Source: a virus
Length of the DNA stretch: 64,000 bases
IMG/VR virus record: IMGVR_UViG_3300021962_000056
Span: 1-64,000 of that record
Strand: one strand, 5' to 3'
A program made the translations under genes and the position numbers. The notes under the pieces are model-generated. The model had not been told where the DNA came from. It worked only from the letters and a program-made list of their open reading frames with translations, and searched no databases. Every line of letters begins with the position of its first letter. The first letter of the stretch is position 1. This document shows positions 28,420 through 38,100 of the stretch, piece after piece.

Positions 28420-28637
28420 GGTTTCTCGCTTAGCTCTTTGATGATCTTGGTCCTAGCTCGACCCTTCGCTTTGACGATGAGTTGCAGGATGATGATGGGA
28501 TTCACGGTTGAAACGTGCTGCCAGTATGGTCTGGCTGCGTCGAGTTCCCGTGCGCGGTCGATGTCCACCACAAGCACTTCGCTGGTCATCTTGTGCTTGT
28601 AGACGAACGCGACTGACAGGTTTGAGGGCATGTTCAC
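28416..28637 (-). CDS. hypothetical protein (cassette array)
   Basis: GTG start inside the repeated junction. Confidence 0.5.
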   Translation of the reverse strand: MNMPSNLSVAFVYKHKMTSEVLVVDIDRARELDAARPYWQHVSTVNPIIILQLIVKAKGRARTKIIKELSEKP

Positions 28638-28852
28638 AGCTTGGCCTCCTTCTTGGCCTGTTTCCATTCACGCAAAGCGGAATCGACATCCATGCCACCC
28701 ATGTGGCTTCTGTTGAACATCATCCAAACCAGAATGCTGTCCCCAGCGTCCTCGATTCGTTCAATGCGCTTCTTCAACGCTTCGTTCTCTGCTCGCAGTT
28801 TGTCGCGTTCCTCAAATAGGTCGACGACCAGCTTGTTGTTGAAGTCACTCAC
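28634..28852 (-). CDS. coiled-coil protein, RI.R.E.AGD...W..AK(K)EAK family
   Basis: Shares a C-terminus with neighbouring ORFs; GTG start in the junction. Confidence 0.6.
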   Translation of the reverse strand: MSDFNNKLVVDLFEERDKLRAENEALKKRIERIEDAGDSILVWMMFNRSHMGGMDVDSALREWKQAKKEAKL

Positions 28853-29082
28853 GGCTTGGCCTCCTTGGCCTGTCTCCAGTTGATTCGCACCGTGACTGGT
28901 GTTTCTCGGCCTAGCCATGAGTCCAAGTCGTCTCCAGCCTTCTTTAGCTTCTTGATCCGGTCCTGCAGGTACTCGACCAGCTCTTTCAGCTCGTTCACAT
29001 CGGATTGAAGCTCGCGGATCTTTGTGGCCTGTGGGTCGATTGTAGTCACCGTATTCGACGTTGGTATTGTGTAGTCGCTCAT
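28849..29082 (-). CDS. coiled-coil protein, same family
   Basis: DRIKKLKKAGD...WRQAKEAKP. Confidence 0.6.
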   Translation of the reverse strand: MSDYTIPTSNTVTTIDPQATKIRELQSDVNELKELVEYLQDRIKKLKKAGDDLDSWLGRETPVTVRINWRQAKEAKP

Positions 29083-29270
29083 TTGCACTCCTTCCATTTG
29101 AATTGATTTTTACCCGCGCAATCGACCACCCACTCAGCGTGGCCTTTCCTCACGGCTTCTTCGCGCATCATGCTCTTGCCAAGCTGATCGCCCCACAGGA
29201 TTGCTAAGGACAGAAAACAACCTGCTACAAGTCCGTACATGCATTGTTCTAAAAGTGAAATTCTACTCAC
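29079..29270 (-). CDS. small membrane-anchored protein
   Basis: N-terminal hydrophobic helix, then EAV.KG.AEW....FKW. Confidence 0.55.
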   Translation of the reverse strand: MSRISLLEQCMYGLVAGCFLSLAILWGDQLGKSMMREEAVRKGHAEWVVDCAGKNQFKWKECK

Positions 29271-29473
29271 GGCTTGGCCTCCTGCTCACGCCACAACAAC
29301 AGATCCGCTCGCATAGCATCGTTCTCCTGCTCTAGTTGGGCGATGCGCATATGCTGCTCCGCTAGTCGCTCCGCTGCTTCAGCGACTGCCGCGTTGGCCG
29401 CGCCATCGTCGGATTGAATATCCTGAGACAATATCCGCATGGCTGCGATTAGTGTTTCGGTTGAGGTTTTCAC
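29267..29473 (-). CDS. coiled-coil protein ending WREQEAKP
   Basis: GTG start in the junction; related C-terminus. Confidence 0.55.
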   Translation of the reverse strand: MKTSTETLIAAMRILSQDIQSDDGAANAAVAEAAERLAEQHMRIAQLEQENDAMRADLLLWREQEAKP

Positions 29474-29739
29474 GGCTTGGCTTCCTTGGCTTTGTTCCAT
29501 TGCTTGATTGCTTCGTATTCTTCATCGTCGTTATTTGCGTTCAGTATCGCATCCCCCGCCTCCTCCAGCCGACGAATCCGATCAGTCAGATTGAGGGTGT
29601 GAATATTCAGTTTACTGAACATCTCATTGGCCGCGTTGAGTTCGCGTTCGAGTTGGCGGCAGAAGTCGGCATCACAAACCTGATACATTGATTCATGCGG
29701 AAAGAATGCTTCGAGATTCGCCCTCGGTGTATCGCTCAC
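29470..29739 (-). CDS. coiled-coil protein, same family
   Basis: MSDTPR...CRQLEREL...DRIRRLEEAGD...WNKAKEAKP. Confidence 0.6.
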   Translation of the reverse strand: MSDTPRANLEAFFPHESMYQVCDADFCRQLERELNAANEMFSKLNIHTLNLTDRIRRLEEAGDAILNANNDDEEYEAIKQWNKAKEAKP

Positions 29740-29924
29740 GGCTCGTCCTCCACTTTCACCATCGGAACAAAGTCCAGCGTGTTCTCTTCGTTGATTGCAA
29801 TTCCCCAGCCGTTGCGACGGCAGAAAAGCTCGGTTGCATTGTAGACCTCCATCATCGTCTTTTTAGGCAGATAGAGAGATAGAAGCCCTTGGAACGTGAT
29901 GCGGATTGTGTCTTCGTCGCTCAC
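29736..29924 (-). CDS. hypothetical protein
   Basis: GTGA overlaps at both ends. Confidence 0.5.
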   Translation of the reverse strand: MSDEDTIRITFQGLLSLYLPKKTMMEVYNATELFCRRNGWGIAINEENTLDFVPMVKVEDEP

Positions 29925-30130
29925 GGCCGTCCCTCCTTAATGATCGCCCAAACGGCTCGCTTCTTCACGCCGATAGCCTTCGCCACGTAGGCCAAGCTCT
30001 GACCTTCGTTCCACAATTTCCAGGCGCGTCTGGCATTGAATACCGGAACCGGTGCCCGTGCTGGCACCGCAACTGGATCGGGGAAACTGATCCACCCACG
30101 GGCGACTGCGTTTGAGATGAGTGCGTTCAC
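29921..30130 (-). CDS. HTH protein
   Basis: G.SLAYVAKAIGVKKRAVW. Confidence 0.6.
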   Translation of the reverse strand: MNALISNAVARGWISFPDPVAVPARAPVPVFNARRAWKLWNEGQSLAYVAKAIGVKKRAVWAIIKEGRP

Positions 30131-30354
30131 GATTTACCTCCATTGATTACGTTCCAGATTACACTGTGCGACCGTTTGAATTTCTTCGCTAACTCACGAT
30201 AGGTGTACGTCGGATTCTTGCGCTTGGCCTCGATGATCGCTTTGCATTCGGCATCGGTCATCTGTCTCCAGGTGCCGCTGGGTTGCTCTTCGATAATCGG
30301 AACCGGTGGCTGCTTCCCGATCACACGTTCGATGGCTTCACGGGAGAGTTTCAT
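30127..30354 (-). CDS. HTH protein
   Basis: TYRELAKKFKRSHSVIWNVING; start refined to ATG 30354. Confidence 0.6.
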   Translation of the reverse strand: MKLSREAIERVIGKQPPVPIIEEQPSGTWRQMTDAECKAIIEAKRKNPTYTYRELAKKFKRSHSVIWNVINGGKS

Positions 30355-31132
30355 CTTTGAGGATCCAGGTTGGGGATTGAATGATCTGGATGGAATCGCC
30401 GTTGTACCCAGGCCAGCTGTCGGTGTCTTCGCAGACCATCCACTGGCGGATCCACGACTGCCACGTGCTGGACCCCTTGTCCAAGGATTCGGTGTCCAGC
30501 TGGTACACAGCGACCGCGTAGGGCGCTTGGTCTTCGACGCAGATCCACTGCCATGCGCGTGTCTCGCCGGTGATGTCCCGGTACAGGTCACGGTAGTAGG
30601 CAGCCTGCACGTCATAGCGCAGCTGGCCAATCTGGCGCCGGAACCCGGCCTTGCTAGCATCGCGGCATTTCTTCAGGTCCACGATTACCGGGGTCGTGTT
30701 GGGCAACCAGTCGATCAGGCCCTTGCGTTCGCAGGACTCGAACTCACCGAACATCCCGACCTGCGCTTTGCCCGGTTCCGCAAACAGGCGTCCCGCAACC
30801 GGGTGTTCGCGAACGGCCTCGACCATGCGCTCGACGGTTTCGATTGCGTCCTGCTTGAACACGGTGACGCCTCGGGCCTCCTGCTCGTCTCTCCAGCTGC
30901 GTGCCTCCTTGGTCCGGTAGTCATCGAATGGCGACGTGGTCCAGAGGTACGGCGTGCCGAGGACTTTGTGATCCAGCAGGGAGCCGATAGCCATGGCCTC
31001 GGACGGTTCGCGCTCTTCCTCAAAGCCGACCATGGCGTGCGCCGGTGACCGCGAGAAGGCCTTAAGGCTGGAGATGTTAATCGCCGGGTGTTGGCGATAC
31101 GTGTGTACGTCGATGGGGTGGACTAACTTCAC
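30338..31132 (-). CDS. PD-(D/E)XK exonuclease VIII (RecE-like)
   Basis: S.LK....SPAH, G...D, KG.IDW, VDLK, YDVQAAYY, WPGY. Confidence 0.8.
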   Translation of the reverse strand: MKLVHPIDVHTYRQHPAINISSLKAFSRSPAHAMVGFEEEREPSEAMAIGSLLDHKVLGTPYLWTTSPFDDYRTKEARSWRDEQEARGVTVFKQDAIETVERMVEAVREHPVAGRLFAEPGKAQVGMFGEFESCERKGLIDWLPNTTPVIVDLKKCRDASKAGFRRQIGQLRYDVQAAYYRDLYRDITGETRAWQWICVEDQAPYAVAVYQLDTESLDKGSSTWQSWIRQWMVCEDTDSWPGYNGDSIQIIQSPTWILKDETLP

Positions 31133-32130
31133 AGCGCACCTCCAGCCTTCATCATTGCCCGACCAATGCCGCGCTTGTTGCGGATCACCCACTTCTTCAG
31201 GTCTTCAGTCAGATCATTCGCCGTCGGGTACGCCTCGGGCGTCGGCCACCAGTTCAGTTCGGTGGCGAGTTTCACCAGCTGCTCGTAGGTCGCACCAACC
31301 GAGGCCAGCGTGGACTCGACGGTTTCTTCAACCAACTCGGGCAGCGGTGCCGGGGTGGCAGGAGCCTCGACCGGTGCGGGCTCAGGCTCGGGAGCCGGCG
31401 CAGGTTCAGGTTCAGGCACAGGCACAGGCTCAGCGACCGCGATGGCTTCGGGCTCGACCTTCTTCTTGCGCGGCTTGGGCTCAGGCGGATTCGGGGTCAC
31501 GTCCACAACGGAACTGGTCACGGTGGTAGCGACAGACGGCTGCACGACCTGTTGGGCTACCTGAGTGTCGTGGATCTCTTCCGAGGTGTGCATACCCAGC
31601 GCGATCTCCGGCGCATAGGCGCGGCACCAGAACGCAGCTGCGCGGTACTGAAGCATCTGCTCCGGCATGGTCTTCCATTTACTGCCAGACTTGCCATACC
31701 AACCCTCGGCCTTGGCCATGGCGATGGTAACCAAGGCGCCGACCAGTTCGAGATTGCCCTCGCGCTCGACAGCGAAAGCGCGGCAGCCCCAGTCATCCGT
31801 CCCCTCTTTTCCGACCCAACGGAAACGCATCGGGGAGAACCGGCCACAGGAGTTGACGGTGGCGATCAGGAACGAGGCAGACCACGTGGGCTTGCCGTGG
31901 ATTGGAACCATCGACTGCATCACGGCCATGACAGAGGCGCCGATGCGCTGACTGAGTTCGAGCGCGATGATGCAGTTGCCGAGGTTGGCTTCGCCCCGAT
32001 ACGAATCAGGAACGAGCGTGCTAGACGCAAGGGCCTTCGCCATGCGTTGCACTGAGACGAACGCGTTCTCCGAAGAGAAGGCGCTCAGGGGTTGCGATTG
32101 CTGTGTTGTTGCGACTTGTAGGTTGCTCAT
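31129..32130 (-). CDS. RecT-like single-strand annealing protein
   Basis: LVP..YRG...NC..A, I.GKP, A.AEGW......WKTMPEQML.YRA..F..R; Pro/Glu linker; adjacent to the exonuclease. Confidence 0.75.
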   Translation of the reverse strand: MSNLQVATTQQSQPLSAFSSENAFVSVQRMAKALASSTLVPDSYRGEANLGNCIIALELSQRIGASVMAVMQSMVPIHGKPTWSASFLIATVNSCGRFSPMRFRWVGKEGTDDWGCRAFAVEREGNLELVGALVTIAMAKAEGWYGKSGSKWKTMPEQMLQYRAAAFWCRAYAPEIALGMHTSEEIHDTQVAQQVVQPSVATTVTSSVVDVTPNPPEPKPRKKKVEPEAIAVAEPVPVPEPEPAPAPEPEPAPVEAPATPAPLPELVEETVESTLASVGATYEQLVKLATELNWWPTPEAYPTANDLTEDLKKWVIRNKRGIGRAMMKAGGAL

Positions 32131-32168
32131 ACGTCAGTCACCGTATAGCAACTGACGTCACGTGTCTA
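32131..32168 (-). promoter_or_regulatory. sigma70-like promoter with overlapping inverted repeat
   Basis: TAGACA-N17-TACGGT-N9-ATG; inverted repeat ACGTCAGT (32131-38) / ACTGACGT (32151-58). Confidence 0.5.
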
Positions 32169-32174
32169 GCGTAA

Positions 32175-35100
32175 TCAGAACGAATTTTTCAGATTTGTTC
32201 GGGCATTTCTGCGAATGCGGTCTGCGTTCTTGTCGATGAAGTCCGCTGCTTCGGCAGGCGGGAGTGCCAGCAGACGCTTGGAATTCTGCTCAATGAACTT
32301 GCGATAACCCTGACCAACGGCCCGTTGGTAGGCGTATTTCTCTTCGCGGGTCATCTCGCGGCGAGTGCCGTTCTCGTTGACCTTCACGGTGATAGCAGGC
32401 GTCGGCATAAACACGCCACGACTGGCGAGTTTGCCGAGAGTGCCCCAAGCTAGATCATCTTCGCGCTCCTTGGCCCATCGACTCCACGGATACCGCTCAA
32501 CCTTAACCGGCTCACCCAGCACGTTCAGGATAGGCCCCGGCCCAATCTCGCGACGGCCGAACGGCACCTGCTGGAGGAAGTATTCGTATCCGAAGTTGCC
32601 AGCCTCAGTCTTAAAGATCGACGGATCAGACCACGCATCGACTTCTTTCAAGATGTTGGGAACCAAAGACCCTGCTAGGCGCGAAACGTAGCGCGGGAAT
32701 GACTTCTCGATGAACTCGTCGGTGTCGTACTTGTAGGCGTTGGCAAAGCCTAGAAGCTCGGTCAGACCAGAGATCGCAGTCGAATCCTTGACGATGAACA
32801 TTCCAGCTGCGGCGCCATCTAGGATTTTTTCAACGATGTTTTCCTGGGACCACTTATCCGGTGAGAACAACTGGCGATCTCGGAGTTCACCAATAGTTGC
32901 AAGCACACCACCGAAGCCCAGCTGGCGGTAGGACACGTAGGTATTGCCAAACCGAATGGAATACGGCTGCCGACCTTCCGCTAGCAGCTGTTTGCGCTTG
33001 TTTGGATCGAGGGACTTAAACGAACCGGTAATGTCGATGTTGCGATCCTCTTCCTTGTCATCATCACCGAGAAACAGAGCGCCAGCATAGATGCCAAGCG
33101 CAGTTCCAAATGCTGCCTTCGCCAAGAGAAGGTCGCGGCGCGACTCGGAAAACTTCAGACCGTATTCGCCTTCTGACCTTCCAGGTGCGGATTGGTAGTA
33201 CCGAATAAACGCAACTGGGAAAGCGAAGTTCAGAATTTCGTTTGCAGAGTTTGCTGCGAACCGCAGGAAGTTTGTTCCCGACAGGACCTTGTAAAGCGTC
33301 TTGCCCTGAGCCGCTTGATCGAGACCACGGTACAAACTCCCAAGGATTCCCTGAGGCGTTTCAGTAAACGTGGTCATCTCGCGAATATCTTTCGCGGTCA
33401 GCAAGATTTCGACGGGCAGTTTCTCTTGGATGATTTCGCGGGTGCGCTTGTTGACGAGTTCAGGACGGGTGCCTTCGGCGATGGCTCGCGCTCGCGCCGC
33501 AGCGACCGCCTCTTTCGACGGAGTGAGATATCGACGCGCAACCTCGGGGCCGTACAACTTGCGTAACGCGTATGCCTTGGCGGTTGAGTCAGACATCAGC
33601 GCAGTCATGTGATCAAGCGCGTTGATGAGTCGGCCAACGTACTTGAACTGACTGATTCCCTTGGCAAACAAATTGCGAGACTGACCTAGTCCTTCAAGTG
33701 CGCTTCCCGGCTGGTCAGGGTTGAAGTTGACAGAGCGGTAAAGCTCGCCACGCCAGAGCATGGGCCAGAAGTCGCGGATGCCTTCATCGAGACCCTTAAG
33801 CGCGGAGTAGGCTACAAAGCCGGCATCCTTCTTTGCCATGCCAGCAAACATGGCTGTGTTAAGAAATCCGTTCCACACGTTTGCCCAGTTGTCCACCTGC
33901 GTGCGAACGCCTGATAGCACGGCAGCGTACCAGTAATCGCGGAGTGCATCAGAGAACCGCACACCGCCTTCGCGGGCCATGAGGCGGAACATCTGCTGGA
34001 TGATCTCGTTGCGGTTGACTCCGCCTTGAGCCTGTGCCTTCTGGGCCAGGTCGGTGATCTTGCGGGCCGTGGCGCCGTTTAATTCAGCGACACCAAACTC
34101 AGGCGCCACTGCATCGCGGAACGCCTGTTCCCATAGCAGGAAGGTATCGGGACCATCCTGAATCGAGAAGCTGCCCGGGGTGGCTCTCGCAATGTTGGCG
34201 TACTTCAGGATGCGGGGGAGAGATCGGAAGAGCTTCTCGCGAACATCAGGTTTTACGTTCGGCAGCGGCACCTTCTTCTGGAACTCAGCCCGGAAGATTT
34301 GGTTCCGCTTCGTTTCCCAGGCTTTGGTCAGGAGGTTGGTGATCTCCGCAATGCCAGCAGGGCTCAGGTTGCGCAGGCGGGGGTCAGCCAGGATAACCTG
34401 AAGCATCTTCTGCCGCACGGAGCCCTGGGTATCCAGAGCCTGAGTAAGGATGTCCTGCCACTTGATCTCGATGGGAGGGCCGTCAGGCTCGCCGGGGACC
34501 TGCTTGATCTTGCGGAACTCGCGGGCGAACACGTTGTCCGCCTTCTTCATGGCCTCGCGAATCTGGTTTACCGCCTCGCGGCCAGATTCGGTAAGCCATT
34601 TCCGCACCTGCTCAGACTCAATCTTCGAGAACGGAATCAACTCATCCTGACGCTTGCGAATCAGGTTGCGAAGGATCATCGCCGGCTGCGCCCACCAGAA
34701 GCGTTCCTGGGCGAGCTTGCGAGCGGCCATCGCCTTAGCAGTGACAGCACCAAGCGACTTCGCTGACTCCGCCAGTCGCTTCTCAAGGTTCAACGCTCGC
34801 AGTAGTTCGACGTCGTTCTTGGCTCGAGCGATGTCCAACTGGTTGCGTTGGATGATTTCCCCAAGGATGTATTCCTTGAATGCGTTGTCGATGTCTTCAC
34901 CTAGCACGACCTGATAGGCGCGCTCCAAATTGCCATTGAAGAAATCAACCCACTTTCTTGCCTCGGATGCCCAGTTCTCATCGGTATCCTTGCTGATGTC
35001 TCCGAGGAATAGGCCGCGAGAAGGAACGCGCACATCCGGCGACGGCGGCTGCGGACGCTCAGGTGTGCCAGCAGGGATCTCCTGATTCGGGAAAGCCTTG

Positions 35101-38100
35101 ATGTGCTCCTCGAAGTTTGCAGCGGTCTCCGGCTCGTTCTGCAACTGGACGTGGGACTTGATGTAGTCCATGCCGGCATTGCGAGCGGCCACCCATGACT
35201 TCGTGGACTGATAGATGCGCAGCGCGATCTTCGAGGCTTGGAAAACGACGAAGTTCGACAACGCGGCGACGGCCTCGAAGGCCTTGCCCCGGGGATCGGT
35301 TGCGGCGATTACCTTCTGGAGGGCGGCCTCGACCCGGTCGGGGCGTTGATTGCGCTCAGCCTCAGCCTCAGCGGCCCGTTGTTTCCGCAGCTGGACTAGG
35401 CGACGGGCTGCTCGCTCTTCGGCATTTCTGAGAGTTTGCGAAGCAGCCGCAGCTGCTTGGCTTTCAGATCGCGCCTGTCCTGCTCCTCGAAGTTCAGCAC
35501 TTCGTCGAGCAAGCTGCTCAACTTGGTTTCCGTAACCAGCTTCGGCGAGGATGCGGCGATATTCTCCATCGGCAAGAAGCGTAGCAAAGTCGGGAGTGCC
35601 CGCAATAGCTTCCTCGGTAAGCTCGCCAGCCCGCAGGATTTCAAGAGCGTTGCGGGTTTCTCCGCGCCTATCTTGAAGTTCGTATAGCGTCTTGGCCCAA
35701 CTCCAGACGGTTTCCTGAACCTCCGCTGGAGTCCATTGGTCGCCGGTAAGCTCGGTAAGATACTCCGCAGTGGCGCGCACCTTTGCTGACATGGCAAGGT
35801 AACCAGTCCCTTTTCCGGGATCAGTACCTGCGGCGTTCAGGCTTCCGCTAAACATAGCCTGATCGACTAGGGCAAAGTTTGCCATCCACGCGTCGTTGGT
35901 CACCTCGTTGACCACACCACGCAGGTTCAACATGAACGAGTTGACCTTAGGTCCACTCAGAGTAACTGAGGTTGGATCTTCCGAACTAAGAGCGCGAACC
36001 GAGTTGTTGATCCACGCATCAAGAACGCTCTCTTCACCTTTGTTCCCCTGCACCGAACGACCCATTACCGAAACGATTGCGGCGCGATCAGTTGGGCGCC
36101 CAGCTAGGTTCCAGTTTTTCCAAACATTGAGTGCGTTTATCAGGTTGCTCTCAACGCTGGTTTGCGGGCTAAGACCTGCTAGCAACGCAGCAAATCGAGG
36201 AGCATCGACTCCAAAGACGTCGATAAGTGCTTCAGCCGATTTGCGATACCAACCCCGTTTAACTGCTCCACCAAGGGCAGCCGCAGCAAACTCAGAGACA
36301 GACGGCAGTTTGTTAAACAGATCAACAAACCGTTTCTTTGTATCCGACCGCAACTTGCGGCGTTCCTCTGGAATAAGGTGACGAGCTTTCTGCTTGTACC
36401 CGCTGAGTTTTCCGTCATCAACAATCTCTGAAGCTGAACGACCCAGAACAAGATCGGTTTCAAACTGATTCCGCACGGCCTCAAGATTAACCTTGGCAGC
36501 CTGTTTCTCGTTTAGGTTAGTGCGAATGTATTCGATTGCTGCGTCGATTGCTTGCGTGACCGCCCTGCCAGCCCGTAGCGCGTTTTGGGCGGTGATCAAC
36601 GCACCATTCCAGACGAGCGCAGGAATCCCAAGGACGGCATCGAATGTTCCGCCGGTATCAACTTTGAGGTTTTCCAGCTTGGCGATTGCTTTGTCTACCT
36701 TACCGACTGGAGCAGGTGTAGGCGCCGCCGCCGGAGCCTTCCGCCGCTTATCCAACTCCATGCTCAGGTAACCAGCAAACTCGCTGAAGGCATCAGTCGT
36801 GTCCTCGGCGCTTCCCATGGACTTCTGAACGCTGGCGATCTCAGCGGCATCTCTGGCTGTGATGTAACCGGCAGCAACGGCCTTTTTGACCATCGCACGC
36901 AGCTTGGCCGGAGATTCGAGATTCGTAATCGCGCCATCTACATCTTCGATGAATGCGGCGAGCTTCTCGTTGGGATCGGCTTGGGGTGCGGGGGTGGGCT
37001 TGGCCGGAGTGGGCGCCGGCGCGGGCGCAGGTGCAGGTGCCGGACGCTCCGCTGCGGCAATCGGCTGCGGTGCCAGCACGATAACAGCGGGCTTCTTCTG
37101 AGTTCCACCGGTGCTAGTGCGAGCCAATTCCTTAAGCTGGGCACGCACGGTCTTGCCATGTGCCCGAATCTTTTCGGGCGACATACCGGAGACCTCTACC
37201 GCCCAATCCATGAATTGCTGATCAGCCTCTGACGGTTTCTCCTGAGCAAGGATGTAAGCGGCTCGATCGAAGTCACTGCCTAACGTCGGCAGAAACACAT
37301 TGCTGCCAAAGTTGTACCGGGGAGTTGACCTCGCGAGTTCCTTCGGGAGCTTGGCAGAGTGGATTTGATCCGCAGGTGAAACGCCCTGAGCGGCAGCAGC
37401 AGGTCGCACACCTCGTTTCGCCGCCCGCATTTCAGCCTGTTTCTCTGCGGCTGACTTCCGGACTGCCGGCGCCATGTATCCTTCAGGAAGCGCCTGCGGA
37501 TATTGTTTCCGGAGAAAATCAATGCGCGCTTCTGGCAGCCGATCGAGTGTTTCAGCCTTCAGCTGCTTTCCGCTTTCGGCAGCACTACGAATCATCAACC
37601 AGTATTCCAGGTTTGAGTCTTCCTGAGAAAACTGAGCGCGAACCTCGGCCTCGGTGAGATCATTGGCCTTGGCGATTTCTTTGACCCGCTTGGTGTAGTA
37701 TTGCTTTTCGGTGAGTTCTTCGTCGGGCTTGATTGCAGGTGAAGGGGCAGGAGTCGGAGCAGGCGCAGGCGCCGGAGCAACCTCCGCCTTTACTTGCTGT
37801 ACTTCTTCCGGGGTGACTTCGGCTTCGGCCCCTCCGACTTCGGCAGGCCGCCCTCCTTGATCCATTTGTCGCAATCCCACTTCGACTGGGGGTTGCGGTT
37901 CTTCTCGGCGTAGCACGCCTTCATCTGGGCCTTGTTTTTGAACGGCACTGGGTGCGGGGGTTGTGGGTTGTGTTGCAGCCGGCTCGGTACCCAATCGGGC
38001 GCGATAGGCTGCAAGAGTGATAGCACCTTCCTCGCTGAGTGTGCCGGCATCTTCGGCCGTGATCAGTTCATCGAGTTCATCCTGCTCATCGGCGGTCAGG

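Larger units (their letters stand above)
28634..29940 (-). repeat. dispersed junction repeat, minus-strand consensus AGGAGGCCAAGCCGTGA
   Basis: Close copies begin (plus coordinates) at 28634, 28849, 29267 and 29470; degenerate copies at 29736 and 29921. Confidence 0.8.

Noticed and set aside
28634-29940. CRISPR array or integron attC interpretation of the repeats
   Set aside because: Repeats are short, degenerate, inside coding sequence and spaced about 185-420 bp apart; no cas or integrase gene is present.
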